DNA of 64,000 bases. Source: an uncultured bacterium (GTDB lineage Bacteria > SAR324 > NAC60-12). The notes under the pieces are model-generated. The model had not been told where the DNA came from. It made no database searches and saw only the letters and a list, made by a program, of their open reading frames with translations. A program made the translations under genes and the position numbers. The stretch's first letter is position 1, and the number at the start of each line of letters is the position of its first letter. The DNA is taken from NCBI GenBank assembly GCA_965662235.1, contig CBFIGY010000001.1, positions 128,001 through 192,000 on the forward strand. The letters are read 5' to 3'. Positions 9,681 through 19,460 of this stretch are shown here, piece after piece.

Positions 9681-10256
9681 TTGAAACGGTCTATGCCCCT
9701 TCTCCTCATACTCTTTGGCGCCCTGCTTTTCGGGGGCCTCGCCCAAGCGGACGTTCCGCTTTCCGTTGGCCGTCCCCTGCCGACGCTTCAGGTCACCTCG
9801 CCGGGTGAGCTGCACCTGCAGGACGATGAGTCGATCGACTACGCTCCCTGGGACAGCACCAGCACGGTGGGAAAGCCCACGCTGATCTACCACCTTGCCG
9901 GAACCTCTTCAGCCTCTGACCTCAACCGTCGCTTCATTGACCGTCTGAAGACGCTGGAGTTGCCGAAAGGCTCGTATTACTTCGTCACCATTGTCAACCT
10001 CGAGGATGCCATGTGGGGAACCTCCGGGCTGGTCCAGAACTCCGTGGAGAAACGCAAGCGCCGGTACCAGCGGAACATCTTTGTGCTTGATGAAACCAGC
10101 ATCGTCCGCAACCAGTGGGGGCTGGTCCCAGAAAGCTCAGCAGTGCTGCTGCTGGATGCCTCTGGAACCCTAGTCCGCTTCAAGGATGGTCCTTTGACCG
10201 AAGGCGAGGAGCAGGAGTTTGTCCAGCTCATTACCCGCGCTGTTGCCGGTCCATGA
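9681..10256 (+). CDS. ytfJ: YtfJ family exported protein
   Basis: Signal peptide ending AQA. PW.S...GK...HLAG.SSA..LN, TIVN..DA..GT and SSAVLLLD..G...FKDG.LT match YtfJ. Confidence 0.8.
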   Translation: MKRSMPLLLILFGALLFGGLAQADVPLSVGRPLPTLQVTSPGELHLQDDESIDYAPWDSTSTVGKPTLIYHLAGTSSASDLNRRFIDRLKTLELPKGSYYFVTIVNLEDAMWGTSGLVQNSVEKRKRRYQRNIFVLDETSIVRNQWGLVPESSAVLLLDASGTLVRFKDGPLTEGEEQEFVQLITRAVAGP

Positions 10257-10582
10257 ATGCATCCTGGCTCTACCTGTTGCTGGCAATCGGCTTCGAGGTC
10301 TCCGGAACGGTCTCCATGAAGCTCTCAGAAGGCTTCAGCCGTACGGGTCCCAGCATTGCCATGGGGCTGTTTTACCTCACCAGCCTCAGCTTCCTCACCC
10401 TGGCGCTGAAGCGCATTGAGCTCGGAATGGCCTATGCCATCTGGTCCGGACTCGGCACCGCGATGGTGGCGCTCGTTGGCGTGTACTGGTTCCAGGAGCA
10501 TCTGACTCCAGGGAAGCTCCTCTCCCTTGCCCTCATCATTGCTGGCGTCGCCGGCCTTCACCTCTCCACACCCTCTTCATGA
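10253..10582 (+). CDS. SMR family small multidrug transporter (EmrE/QacE-like)
   Basis: 109 aa with four hydrophobic segments. WLYLLLAIGFEVSGT (membrane Glu), KLSEGF and AYAIWSGLG. Confidence 0.92.
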   Translation: MNASWLYLLLAIGFEVSGTVSMKLSEGFSRTGPSIAMGLFYLTSLSFLTLALKRIELGMAYAIWSGLGTAMVALVGVYWFQEHLTPGKLLSLALIIAGVAGLHLSTPSS

Positions 10583-11625
10583 AAACGCTACTGCCTCTGC
10601 TGTCCGGACTGTTGCTTTCTGGATGTGCCTATTCCGAATCAAAGCCCATGCCCAAACACCACCTCCCGGATGGGACCTTCCGGAACAACTACCTGGAGTC
10701 CATCGACAAGCCCTTCACGGACCTCATCAAGTGGCGCTGGAACGCTGAGCGGACCGACCCCATCTCCTTTCCGCTGGCTCAGAACGATCCGGACTTCCTC
10801 AAGCAAAACCGGACGGAGCCCACGCTCACTTGGATTGGGCACGCCACCTTTTTGCTGCAGTACGACGGCCTGAACGTCCTCACCGACCCGCACCTCACGC
10901 GCCGGGCGTCTCCCGTCAGCTTTGCCGGCCCGGAACGCTTCACGCCCCCGGGGTTGACCTTTGACGACCTTCCGGAAATCGACCTGGTGGTCATTTCCCA
11001 CAACCACTACGACCACCTGGACAAGCTCACGGTCCAGACCCTCTATGAGCGGCAGCCAGACAACCCGCCTCACTTCATGGTTCCGCTGAAACAGAAGGCG
11101 TGGTTTGACGACCTCGGCATTCCCAATGTCACCGAGCTGGATTGGTACCAGAGTGAAGCGTTCAAGGGGTGGACGGTTCACGCGGTTCCGGTGCAGCACT
11201 GGACCAGCCGGAGCCCGTGGGACCGGAATCAGGTGCTCTGGGCCGGCTGGGTGCTGGAGCATCCGGACTTCCGTTTCTTCTTTGCGGGAGACACCGGTTA
11301 CTCACAGGACTTCCAGGACCTTGCCAAGGCCTTCCCGTCCTTCGACCTCGCCGCTCTTCCCATTGGAGCGTACGATCCACGCTGGTTCATGAAGGCGGCG
11401 CACATCAACCCAGAAGAGGCGGTCCGCATTCACCAGGACATCCGAGCCCGTTACTCGGTGGGCATGCACTGGGGGACATTTCAGCTGACGGATGAGCCGA
11501 TGGATGAGCCCCCGGTCAAGCTGCGGAAGGCCCTCAGTGAAGCAGGGCTGGCGGAAGACCGCTTCTTTGTCATGCAGCATGGGGAGACCAAGAGGCTCGC
11601 CCCGTTGCTGGCCACCGAGGAGTAA
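10579..11625 (+). CDS. Metallo-beta-lactamase-fold hydrolase, NAPE-PLD/RomA-like lipoprotein
   Basis: Lipobox LLSGC. TWIGHATFL, LTDP, SHNHYDHLD, FAGDTGY, PIGAYDPRWFM and HWGTF. Confidence 0.9.
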   Translation: MKTLLPLLSGLLLSGCAYSESKPMPKHHLPDGTFRNNYLESIDKPFTDLIKWRWNAERTDPISFPLAQNDPDFLKQNRTEPTLTWIGHATFLLQYDGLNVLTDPHLTRRASPVSFAGPERFTPPGLTFDDLPEIDLVVISHNHYDHLDKLTVQTLYERQPDNPPHFMVPLKQKAWFDDLGIPNVTELDWYQSEAFKGWTVHAVPVQHWTSRSPWDRNQVLWAGWVLEHPDFRFFFAGDTGYSQDFQDLAKAFPSFDLAALPIGAYDPRWFMKAAHINPEEAVRIHQDIRARYSVGMHWGTFQLTDEPMDEPPVKLRKALSEAGLAEDRFFVMQHGETKRLAPLLATEE

Positions 11626-11627
11626 CC

Positions 11628-12401
11628 ATGCCCACTGCCCTCATCACCGGCGCGTCCATGGGTCTCGGCGCCGAGTTTGCGCGCCTCGCGGCTCAAAGCG
11701 GATACGACCTGATCCTCACCGCCCGGAGTGAAGACCGCCTCAATGCGTTGGCCACCGAGCTCCAGACGGCTTTTTCCTCAAGCGTCCAGGTCGTGCCCCT
11801 CGACCTCAGCCGTCCCGGAGCTGCTACCGAATTGCACCAGGCCGTGCAGGCGGCTGGCAAAACCGTTCAGGTGCTGATCAACAACGCCGGATTTGGACTG
11901 AACGGGGCGTTCCTGGAACACGCGCTTGAGGCGGAGCAGCAGCTGGTGACGCTCAACATCACCGCTCTGACGGAGCTGTGCCACTGCTTTGGTCAGGAGA
12001 TGAAGGCCCGGAATTCAGGCTACATCCTCAATGTGGCCTCCATTGCTGCCTTCCAGGCCGGGCCCTACTTGGCGAGCTACTACGCCTCCAAGGCATACGT
12101 CCTTTCCTTTTCCGAGGCGCTGGCCCATGAACTCAAGCCACATGGGGTGGTGGTGTCGGCGCTCTGTCCGGGGCCTACGGCTACGGAGTTCTTCCAGAAC
12201 GCCGGCATGAAGGGCACTTCCTTGGCTCGCTCACCAGTCCTCATGTCTGCACAAGAAGTGGCGGAAATGGGCTGGAAGGGGCTGTGGCAGCGACGCCCAG
12301 TGGTCATTGCCGGACTCCTCAATCAGGGGCTTGCGTTCTCGACCCGCTTCTCGCCTCGACGGCTGAACACCTTCATCTCCGGACTCCTGAACCGTCCTTA
12401 A
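11628..12401 (+). CDS. Short-chain dehydrogenase/reductase
   Basis: TGASMGLG, NNAGFG and YYASK. Confidence 0.92.
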   Translation: MPTALITGASMGLGAEFARLAAQSGYDLILTARSEDRLNALATELQTAFSSSVQVVPLDLSRPGAATELHQAVQAAGKTVQVLINNAGFGLNGAFLEHALEAEQQLVTLNITALTELCHCFGQEMKARNSGYILNVASIAAFQAGPYLASYYASKAYVLSFSEALAHELKPHGVVVSALCPGPTATEFFQNAGMKGTSLARSPVLMSAQEVAEMGWKGLWQRRPVVIAGLLNQGLAFSTRFSPRRLNTFISGLLNRP

Positions 12402-12429
12402 ACACTCCCGACTCACCTCAAGAGGAAGA

Positions 12430-13149
12430 ATGATCGCCTGGAAAGCCCTCAGTTTCCTACTCTTCAGCGCCACGGTCGCCCACGCTGCGGAGATGCAGCC
12501 CATCACCTCTTTCCGCATTGATCGGACCGAAGTCAGCATTGGCGCCTTTCAGGAATTTGCCGATGCCACGGGGTTTGTTTCAGAAGCGGAACGCGAGGGC
12601 GGAGGATTTGAGTATGGGGCCGGCTGGGAACGGCGTCCGGGCTGGACCTGGAAAACGCCCTATGGCGTGCCTGCGGACGACCAGGAGCCAGCGGTGCACC
12701 TGAGTTATGCCGAAGCCGAGGCCTACTGTCGTTGGGCAGGAAAGCGTCTTCCAACAGCAGAGGAGTGGGACGAGGCGGCTTACGTGGAGCACCGACCTTC
12801 GCCTCCAGCGCCGTTTGTTGCCGGGCAGGCCTATCCGTACCCCACTGGGACGTCTCCGGAGGGAGCAAACTGCTTGAACGCGTGCGGACCCAGCCTTTCG
12901 GTGGATCATGGAACGCCACTGATTCGGGGAACCGGGCATGCACGGACGGGCTCCACCCGAGCAGGGGTCAATGGACTGTATGAGATGGGGGCGAATGTCT
13001 GGGAGTGGATTGCGTCGGAAGGCACCCAAGCTCCTACGCGCGGAGGGTCGTGGTGGTATGGCGCCCGACCGATGCATCGCGATCACCGGGCGACCAAACC
13101 CAAGTCCTTTTATGCCGTGTACATTGGCTTTCGGTGTGTGGCTGACTGA
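12430..13149 (+). CDS. Secreted FGE-sulfatase (SUMF1-like) domain protein lacking the catalytic cysteines
   Basis: Signal peptide. EPAVHLSY.EA.AYC.W.GKRLPT..EW, NGLYEMGANVWEW, RGGSW and GFRC. Confidence 0.85.
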   Translation: MIAWKALSFLLFSATVAHAAEMQPITSFRIDRTEVSIGAFQEFADATGFVSEAEREGGGFEYGAGWERRPGWTWKTPYGVPADDQEPAVHLSYAEAEAYCRWAGKRLPTAEEWDEAAYVEHRPSPPAPFVAGQAYPYPTGTSPEGANCLNACGPSLSVDHGTPLIRGTGHARTGSTRAGVNGLYEMGANVWEWIASEGTQAPTRGGSWWYGARPMHRDHRATKPKSFYAVYIGFRCVAD

Positions 13150-13152
13150 GCG

Positions 13153-13653
13153 TCAGTTGGCAAACTCCAGCACCTCCGTGACCTCCTTGATGCCGGCCCG
13201 GGCGCACATTTCGTCAGTGGCGCTGTCGGCACCAGACACCCCGATGCCCCCGTAAAACGTCCCGCCAATGTCAATCGGCAGGCCGCCTTTGACGAGGATG
13301 ACCTTTGGCGCGGCCATCAGTCCCACTTCGTTGACCATGTCAGCGGTGGGCGCCCGGAAGTTCGCTGACGCGTAGGCTTTGCCTTGGCTGACGTCAATGG
13401 TCATTGGAGAAGCCAGCGGATGCCGGAGGAAGGCCGTCAGGTTTCCATCTCGGTTGACCACCGCGACCGAGACCAGGTACCCGCGTCGGTCACACTCTGC
13501 GAGAGCAGCAGCGGCCATTTGTCCGGCCAGTGAGGAGCTGAGCGCTTTCATCTCAAAGGTCATGGGTCCTTCGTCTTCCGCCAGCGCACTTCCTGCACTC
13601 AGGAGAAAGCTCACACCGAGGACCAAGGAACTGATTCGTTTCATCATCTTCAT
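13153..13653 (-). CDS. Secreted GlcG/HbpS-like heme-binding protein
   Basis: Signal peptide. VSVAVVNRDG, GKAYAS, GGLPI and GGIGVSGA...DE.CA.AG. Confidence 0.85.
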   Translation of the reverse strand: MKMMKRISSLVLGVSFLLSAGSALAEDEGPMTFEMKALSSSLAGQMAAAALAECDRRGYLVSVAVVNRDGNLTAFLRHPLASPMTIDVSQGKAYASANFRAPTADMVNEVGLMAAPKVILVKGGLPIDIGGTFYGGIGVSGADSATDEMCARAGIKEVTEVLEFAN

Positions 13654-13736
13654 GATTTCTTCCAAAAATAAGGGTCAGAACGCGGGAGTGCATTACCCTA
13701 CTGAACTTTCACCCCGGGGTAAAGGGGGAAAGCTCC

Positions 13737-14354
13737 TCAGAGCAGCTCCAGCCAGTCGGTAGGGCCCTTGCCTTCGCGGAGCACCTGAGGCTCTCCGGAG
13801 GTAAAGTCGATGATGGAGGAATTCTCCGCAAAGATCGTCCCTCCGTCCACCACGGCATCGACCACCTTCCCAAAGTGCTCATGGAGGTCTTCGGCATTGT
13901 CGTAAAGCTCCTCATTGTTCACCCGGAGGCTGCTGCTGAGGATCGGGTGCCCCAGTCCCTCGACAATGGAAAGCGCAATCGGGTGATCTGGCCACCGCAG
14001 CCCCACAGTGCTCCGCGGGGTCAGCATCATCTTCGGAACCATCTTGGAAGCCTGCAGAACCAACGTGTAGGGGCCGGGCAGGTGCCGGCGGATCAGGCGG
14101 AAGATGTCATTGGGAATGCCCTGGCTGTGCTCCTGCAGCTGACTCTGGTTGCTGCAGATGAAGGTCAGGGGCTTCTTCGGGTCCATCTTCTTGATCTGCA
14201 ACAGGCGCTTCATGGCCTTCTTGCTGTAGATGCTGCAGCCAAGGCCGTAGACGGTATCAGTGGGATAGATGATCACCCCATCGTTTTCCAAAATGGACAC
14301 CACCTGGGACACCATCCGGGGCTGGGGGTTTTCGTCATTGATGCGAATGAGCAT
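13737..14354 (-). CDS. Sua5/YciO/YrdC family protein (YciO-like)
   Basis: ENPQPR, IIYPTDTVYGLGC, LPGPYT, TVGLRWP, LSSSL and SSIIDF. Start placed at MLIRIN. Confidence 0.9.
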   Translation of the reverse strand: MLIRINDENPQPRMVSQVVSILENDGVIIYPTDTVYGLGCSIYSKKAMKRLLQIKKMDPKKPLTFICSNQSQLQEHSQGIPNDIFRLIRRHLPGPYTLVLQASKMVPKMMLTPRSTVGLRWPDHPIALSIVEGLGHPILSSSLRVNNEELYDNAEDLHEHFGKVVDAVVDGGTIFAENSSIIDFTSGEPQVLREGKGPTDWLELL

Positions 14355-14373
14355 GGGACGTATCGAAACAGGG

Positions 14374-15492
14374 TTAAAATCCGGCGGCGGCAACCAGTAC
14401 AAGCTCACGTCGGTGAGACTCTGGGGAGGCCTTAGGCGCGCCCAGCCCCTCTCCATACGTGATGATGATCGGGAGCCCCATCAGGCTCCGGATCCCGTAG
14501 CGAAACCCAACGGCGATTCCCCCAATCGACCGAGTGGCTCCAGGTTCTGAGAGGTAATTGAGCTCCAGCTCCTGAAAGCGGGCGCCATCGACAAAAACGT
14601 AGAGCATCCGGTCTTCGGCAAAGACCGTTTCATGCCGGAGCTTCAGCACCGTGGCGTGGGCGACCCGGAACTCGTTTCGGTAGAAACCTGCCACAGCGAG
14701 GTCACTGGAAAGGCCTCCTAGGCGATGCCCACTGAGCAGGTCCAGTCCGGTTCCTCCGGCTTGGATCAGGGTCGCCTTGATCTCGGAGTTGCCTCCGTAG
14801 TGCAGGCGGTCCTCTAGGGTCACAAGCTGCCGAAGCGGCGTCCGGGTGGCCACGGCGTCTTCTTCCAGGCTCCACGACTCCCAGCGCGTGCGGTTCGCCT
14901 GCTCCACCTCAACCTCAAGGAAGCCCTCCTCGTCCAACAGTCCGTGCCGCGAAAAAGAGACGTCCAGCGCCTGCTCGGAGAAGGACGGTGGCAGGACAAA
15001 ATCCGTCTGGGTCTGGTCCTCAATGGGACTGAAGTGCAGGTTAGACATCCGGGCCTGCACCGAAGCGCGCCACGGTCCTTTGCGGAAGAGGTGTGCGCCA
15101 ACCCGAAGCGTCGAGCGGTTGCCCCGGAAGGCGAGCGGCTCCAGACGGGTGCCCTGGTCGTAGAGGTCGGTTCCGTTTCCTTCAGCCAGGTAGGTGCCCT
15201 CAAATCCGTATTCGGTGGCCAGCCAGTCGGTCCGATCCTGTGTCAGGCTCAGAGAAGGAGAGACCGTCCGTAGCCCCACCTTCAGGGTGCCAATGCCCTC
15301 CCATTCGCTTTCGTGGTCAAAGATGATCAGCGGCGTCGCAAGGCCCTGATGCGAGTTCAGCGGCCAAGCGGCGCCCAGGGCAATGAGGGTGGGAAAGGGA
15401 CGGTCGGCAGCCTGCGCAACTCCACTGCCCAGCAGCAGGAGTCCGCCCAGCAGTCCACTGAAGGACTTAGCGAGGGATGCGAGGCTTTTCAT
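14374..15492 (-). CDS. Hypothetical exported protein, probable outer-membrane beta-barrel
   Basis: Signal peptide MKSL...VAQA, amphipathic strand-like segments and a C-terminal Phe (VAAAGF). Confidence 0.6.
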   Translation of the reverse strand: MKSLASLAKSFSGLLGGLLLLGSGVAQAADRPFPTLIALGAAWPLNSHQGLATPLIIFDHESEWEGIGTLKVGLRTVSPSLSLTQDRTDWLATEYGFEGTYLAEGNGTDLYDQGTRLEPLAFRGNRSTLRVGAHLFRKGPWRASVQARMSNLHFSPIEDQTQTDFVLPPSFSEQALDVSFSRHGLLDEEGFLEVEVEQANRTRWESWSLEEDAVATRTPLRQLVTLEDRLHYGGNSEIKATLIQAGGTGLDLLSGHRLGGLSSDLAVAGFYRNEFRVAHATVLKLRHETVFAEDRMLYVFVDGARFQELELNYLSEPGATRSIGGIAVGFRYGIRSLMGLPIIITYGEGLGAPKASPESHRRELVLVAAAGF

Positions 15493-16081
15493 TTTCAAAG
15501 GTCTTTCGCTGGAAGTTGGCTTCTTGCTCCAACTCCCAGGCGCTCCGGACGGGGGAGGTTGTCGGGGTCGGAAGACGCTGGAGGAACGCCGCAAACAGCT
15601 GGATCAGGGTCTCAAGCTGATCCGTCAGACGGTGCCCACTGGGCAGCAGGTGGAGGGGCAGGCGGTGCTCCTGGCAGAGCTGCAGGGCGCTGGCAACGGG
15701 CACCACTTCATCGTCCCAGCCGTGGACCACTTCGGTGTGACCGGCCTGCGGAGGAGGAGCCTCTTCGGAGAACACTCCCAGATGCACAGCAGGAGCCAGC
15801 AGAAACAGGCCCTGCGGCTTCAAGGTGGCAGAGGCCTTGAGCGACACCCAAGCCCCCAAACTGGAGCCTACCAGCACCAGCGTTTCCGCCTGCGGGTTGA
15901 GTTCCAGAAGATGCGCCACCCGTGGCTCCGGGTCCTGCCAAGTGGAGTAGTCCGGACTGGCCACCTCAAAGCCCTGGGCCTTGGCGACTTCGGCAAGTTG
16001 CGTGATCTTGCTGCCCCAGGGGCCGCTTTCCTGTCCATGAGCAAAAACAACCAGCCGCTTGGCCTGCGGAAGAGAGTTCAT
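15467..16081 (-). CDS. Alpha/beta hydrolase (YqiA/UPF0227-like esterase)
   Basis: HGQES, GSSLG nucleophile elbow, HG.DD.VVP and SGH. Confidence 0.85.
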   Translation of the reverse strand: MNSLPQAKRLVVFAHGQESGPWGSKITQLAEVAKAQGFEVASPDYSTWQDPEPRVAHLLELNPQAETLVLVGSSLGAWVSLKASATLKPQGLFLLAPAVHLGVFSEEAPPPQAGHTEVVHGWDDEVVPVASALQLCQEHRLPLHLLPSGHRLTDQLETLIQLFAAFLQRLPTPTTSPVRSAWELEQEANFQRKTFENEKPRIPR

Positions 16082-17583
16082 GCGGCCTCTTGGGTGAGGG
16101 AGGCACGGAAGGCGGTGAGCCCCTTGCCCATGCGCTGCATTCCTTCGTCCAGCTCTTCATCCGTGATCGTCAGAGGCGGCACCAGGCGGACCACATTGGG
16201 TCCAGCCACCAGCACCAGCACCCCCTGCAGGCGACACTGCTCGACGATCTCACCGGCGCGTCCGGCATAATCCGGATGCAGCACCGCGCCCAGCATCAGG
16301 CCGCGTCCCCGGACTTCCTGAAAGAGTTGGTGTTCCTGGTTCAGGTCTTCCAAATGGGCCCGGAACCGCACTCCCTGCTTACGAACGTGCTCCAGCAAAT
16401 CCGGACGTTTGAGTTTGCGGACGGCTGCCACAGCGACCGCCGCTGCAACCGGATTGCCGCCGAAGGTGGTGCCGTGATCTCCCACCTGAAACGCCTGCGC
16501 CACTGACTCTGTGCAGAGCATGGCTCCAATGGGCAGGCCGCCTCCCATGGCCTTGGCAACCGTCATCACATCCGGAGTCACCTCTGCTTCCCACTGGTGG
16601 GCAAACAGCTTCGCCGTCCGTCCCATTCCGCACTGGATCTCATCGAAGATCAGCAACGCACCGTGCTGGTCACAGAGCTCACGCAGGTGTTTGAGGAATC
16701 CTGGAGCCGCTGGCATCACGCCACCTTCGCCCTGAATGGGCTCCACCAGAACCGCACAGGTGGCCGCACCAATGGTTTCAGCAGCAGCATCCCAGTCGTT
16801 GAAGGCACAGTAGCGGAAGCCGCCGGGCAGCGGCTCATAGCCCTGCTGGTACTTCGGCTGCGCGGTGGCCGTAACCGTTGCCAGGGTACGCCCATGAAAG
16901 GACCCCTGAAAGGTCACAATCTCCCGCTTCTCAGGCGGATGGTGCTGGCTGGCCCACTTCCGGACAATTTTGATGGCGGCTTCATTGGCCTCAGCTCCCG
17001 AATTGCAGAAGAACACCCGGTCGGCAAAGCTGTTTTCCGTCAGCAGTTCCGCCAGTTCCACAGCCGGCGCCGTCAGGTACAGGTTGCTGGTGTGCCAGAG
17101 CTTCCCGGCCTGCTCCTGCAACGCCGCCAGCAGTTCCGGATCCTGATGTCCCAGGCTGTTGACCGCAATTCCAGAGCCGAAATCGAGGTACTCATTGCCC
17201 TCCACGTCCCACAACCGGGCCCCCAGGCCGTGGTCCATGACCATCGGTTTGGGAGCATAGGTGGGCACCAGGGTGCTTTGGGCATGCGCGGCCACAGTGG
17301 CGCTGTCAAGGGGAGCAGACGGAGACACAGCTGAATCCTTTTCTTCAAAAACTTCACTAAAGGAGAGCAGGCGCTCTCGATTACGCACCACAAACTCCGT
17401 AAACGCCTCTTCGCTCACGGCCACCTGTAGGAGTCGGGGAAGGTAACGGTGTACCTGACGGACGGACGTCCGCAGGACTTCTTCGTTGCGCAGAGCGTTC
17501 AGGGGAAGGGTGCCGAGCCGTTCCCGAAACAGTTCCCGGAGTCGGGGAAGCTGCTCTTCCAGTAGCGAGGAGATCATGATCAC
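16078..17583 (-). CDS. argD: Acetylornithine/succinylornithine aminotransferase with an ~90-aa N-terminal extension
   Basis: YLDFGSGIAVNSLGH, NSGAEANEAA.K, SFHGRT, EPIQGEGG, DEIQCGMGRT, AKAMGGG and HGTTFGGNP. Confidence 0.9.
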   Translation of the reverse strand: MIMISSLLEEQLPRLRELFRERLGTLPLNALRNEEVLRTSVRQVHRYLPRLLQVAVSEEAFTEFVVRNRERLLSFSEVFEEKDSAVSPSAPLDSATVAAHAQSTLVPTYAPKPMVMDHGLGARLWDVEGNEYLDFGSGIAVNSLGHQDPELLAALQEQAGKLWHTSNLYLTAPAVELAELLTENSFADRVFFCNSGAEANEAAIKIVRKWASQHHPPEKREIVTFQGSFHGRTLATVTATAQPKYQQGYEPLPGGFRYCAFNDWDAAAETIGAATCAVLVEPIQGEGGVMPAAPGFLKHLRELCDQHGALLIFDEIQCGMGRTAKLFAHQWEAEVTPDVMTVAKAMGGGLPIGAMLCTESVAQAFQVGDHGTTFGGNPVAAAVAVAAVRKLKRPDLLEHVRKQGVRFRAHLEDLNQEHQLFQEVRGRGLMLGAVLHPDYAGRAGEIVEQCRLQGVLVLVAGPNVVRLVPPLTITDEELDEGMQRMGKGLTAFRASLTQEAA

Positions 17584-17666
17584 CTAAAAGGGTTGGGAAA
17601 CCGTCCCGTATCAAAAACGCTCCATCCTATCACAGAACCCGGCCCAGCGTCACGCCTGAATCCGTG

Positions 17667-19298
17667 TCAACCCCGATCCCGCAGCACCCGGCGCATCACC
17701 TTCCCTGTGGTGGTCAGAGGAAACTCGTCTAGGAACTCAATCTGACGCGGATACTCATGAGCCGCCAGACGCGTCCGGACCCACGCCTGAACCTCCTGCT
17801 CTAGCTCCGGACTCGGGGCAACGCCTGGCTTCAGCTTCAAGAAGGCCTTCACCACGTGCCCCCTGAGCTCGTCCGGAACCCCCACAGCCGCCGCCAGCGC
17901 CACCGCCGGGTGCCGCAGCAGCTGGTCCTCGATCTCCGCTGGACCAATCCGGTAGCCGGCGCTGGTGATGACGTCGTCGATTCTTCCGGAAAACCAGAGG
18001 TTGCCGTCTTCATCCATGGTGCCTTCGTCTCCACTCCGGGCCCAGTCTCCAGCAAACTTCTGACGCGTTCCCGCCTCGTTGTTCCAGTAGCGGAGGAAGA
18101 ACACGGGGTCACCAGGACGGTAAAAGGCAATTTCCCCTGAGTGCCCCGGGGGCAGCACCTGTCCCTCGGCATCAAGAATGGCTGCGGTGTGTCCGGGATA
18201 CGGGCGCCCCATGCTCCCGGGTTTGGCGGGCAGGAGCCGTTGGCAGTTGCCGACAAAGTAGTTGACCTCTGTTTGTCCATACATCTCGTTGATGCGGACG
18301 CCCAGCGCCTCCTCGCCCCACGCCAGCATCTCCTCGCCCAGGGGCTCACCGGCACTCATGATGGAGCGCAGGTCAAAGCCGTGACGGGCCCGGAGGTTGG
18401 GCTCCTGACGCATGAACTTCAGGGCCGTGGGAGGCAGAAAGACGTTCCGGACTCGGTGACGGGCCATCAGCGCTGCCGCCTGATCAGGGTCAAACTTCCG
18501 GAAACGCGATGCCAGCACAGGGCGTCCATGAAACCACGAGCACAGGAGGATGTTGGCCAACCCTCCGATCCAGGCCCAATCTGCAGGAGTCCAGAAGCAG
18601 TCATCTGCCTGAGGAGCCAGGTCGTGCGAAAGCTCCCAGCCGGTCATGTGTCCCAGCAGCACCCGGTGGGCATGCAGGGCGCCTTTGGGATTCCCGGTGG
18701 TGCCAGAGGTGTAGATGATCCAGCAGGGGTCGTTTGAATGAGTCAATCGCGTTTCATAGCGATCAGACGCCTGAGCCAAGAGGTTGGACCAGCTGTGCTC
18801 CTCAGCCGTCACGTCGGCATCCACCTGAATCCGCAGGCGGAGGTCCGGGAGCTCAGGGGCAATCTCTTCCAGCTTCTCCCGGTTTTCGGCATCGGAAATC
18901 ACCGCTGCGGCGCCAGAGTCTTCAAGACGATACCGAAGGGCTTCCGGACCAAACAGGTTGGCCAGGGGCAACGCAACCGCGCCTAGCTTATAGAGCGCAA
19001 TGTGCGCAATGGCCGTTTCCGGACGCTGGGGCAGCACCAGCCCCACCCGTTCTCCTGGCTGGAGGCCTAGGCCCTCCAGAGCGTTGGCAAGGCGATTGGC
19101 CGCCTGCTGAATGTCCCGGAAGCTCCAGCGTTCCACAGCTCCGGACTCCGTGACATAAAGCAGCGCCAGCGAATCGGAGGCGGTGGCGTGTCGGTCGCAG
19201 CAGGCCCACGCCAAGTTGAAATGTTCTGGGACCTTCCACTGAAATGAGGAGCGGATGGAGTCCCAGCTGGGAGCTGCTCCTGGTTGAATGAGCCTCAT
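17667..19298 (-). CDS. Acyl-CoA synthetase (AMP-forming)
   Basis: YTSGTTGNPKG, YGQTE, GRIDDVI.SAGYRIGP.EIE and TGKV. GGAGG RBS. Confidence 0.93.
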   Translation of the reverse strand: MRLIQPGAAPSWDSIRSSFQWKVPEHFNLAWACCDRHATASDSLALLYVTESGAVERWSFRDIQQAANRLANALEGLGLQPGERVGLVLPQRPETAIAHIALYKLGAVALPLANLFGPEALRYRLEDSGAAAVISDAENREKLEEIAPELPDLRLRIQVDADVTAEEHSWSNLLAQASDRYETRLTHSNDPCWIIYTSGTTGNPKGALHAHRVLLGHMTGWELSHDLAPQADDCFWTPADWAWIGGLANILLCSWFHGRPVLASRFRKFDPDQAAALMARHRVRNVFLPPTALKFMRQEPNLRARHGFDLRSIMSAGEPLGEEMLAWGEEALGVRINEMYGQTEVNYFVGNCQRLLPAKPGSMGRPYPGHTAAILDAEGQVLPPGHSGEIAFYRPGDPVFFLRYWNNEAGTRQKFAGDWARSGDEGTMDEDGNLWFSGRIDDVITSAGYRIGPAEIEDQLLRHPAVALAAAVGVPDELRGHVVKAFLKLKPGVAPSPELEQEVQAWVRTRLAAHEYPRQIEFLDEFPLTTTGKVMRRVLRDRG

Positions 19299-19460
19299 AA
19301 ACCTCCGTTGAAATCGACGCCAGGAGGGCCGATGACGGGGCTGCCTCCCGTGAAAAATCCAAGCCTATCACGAATGTGGCCCAGAGAACACGTCAGGCTG
19401 CCTTTCCGGGAAGTGCTGGTCGTGGGGGAGCCTGGCGCTCCCAAGCGTTTTGAAGATACG

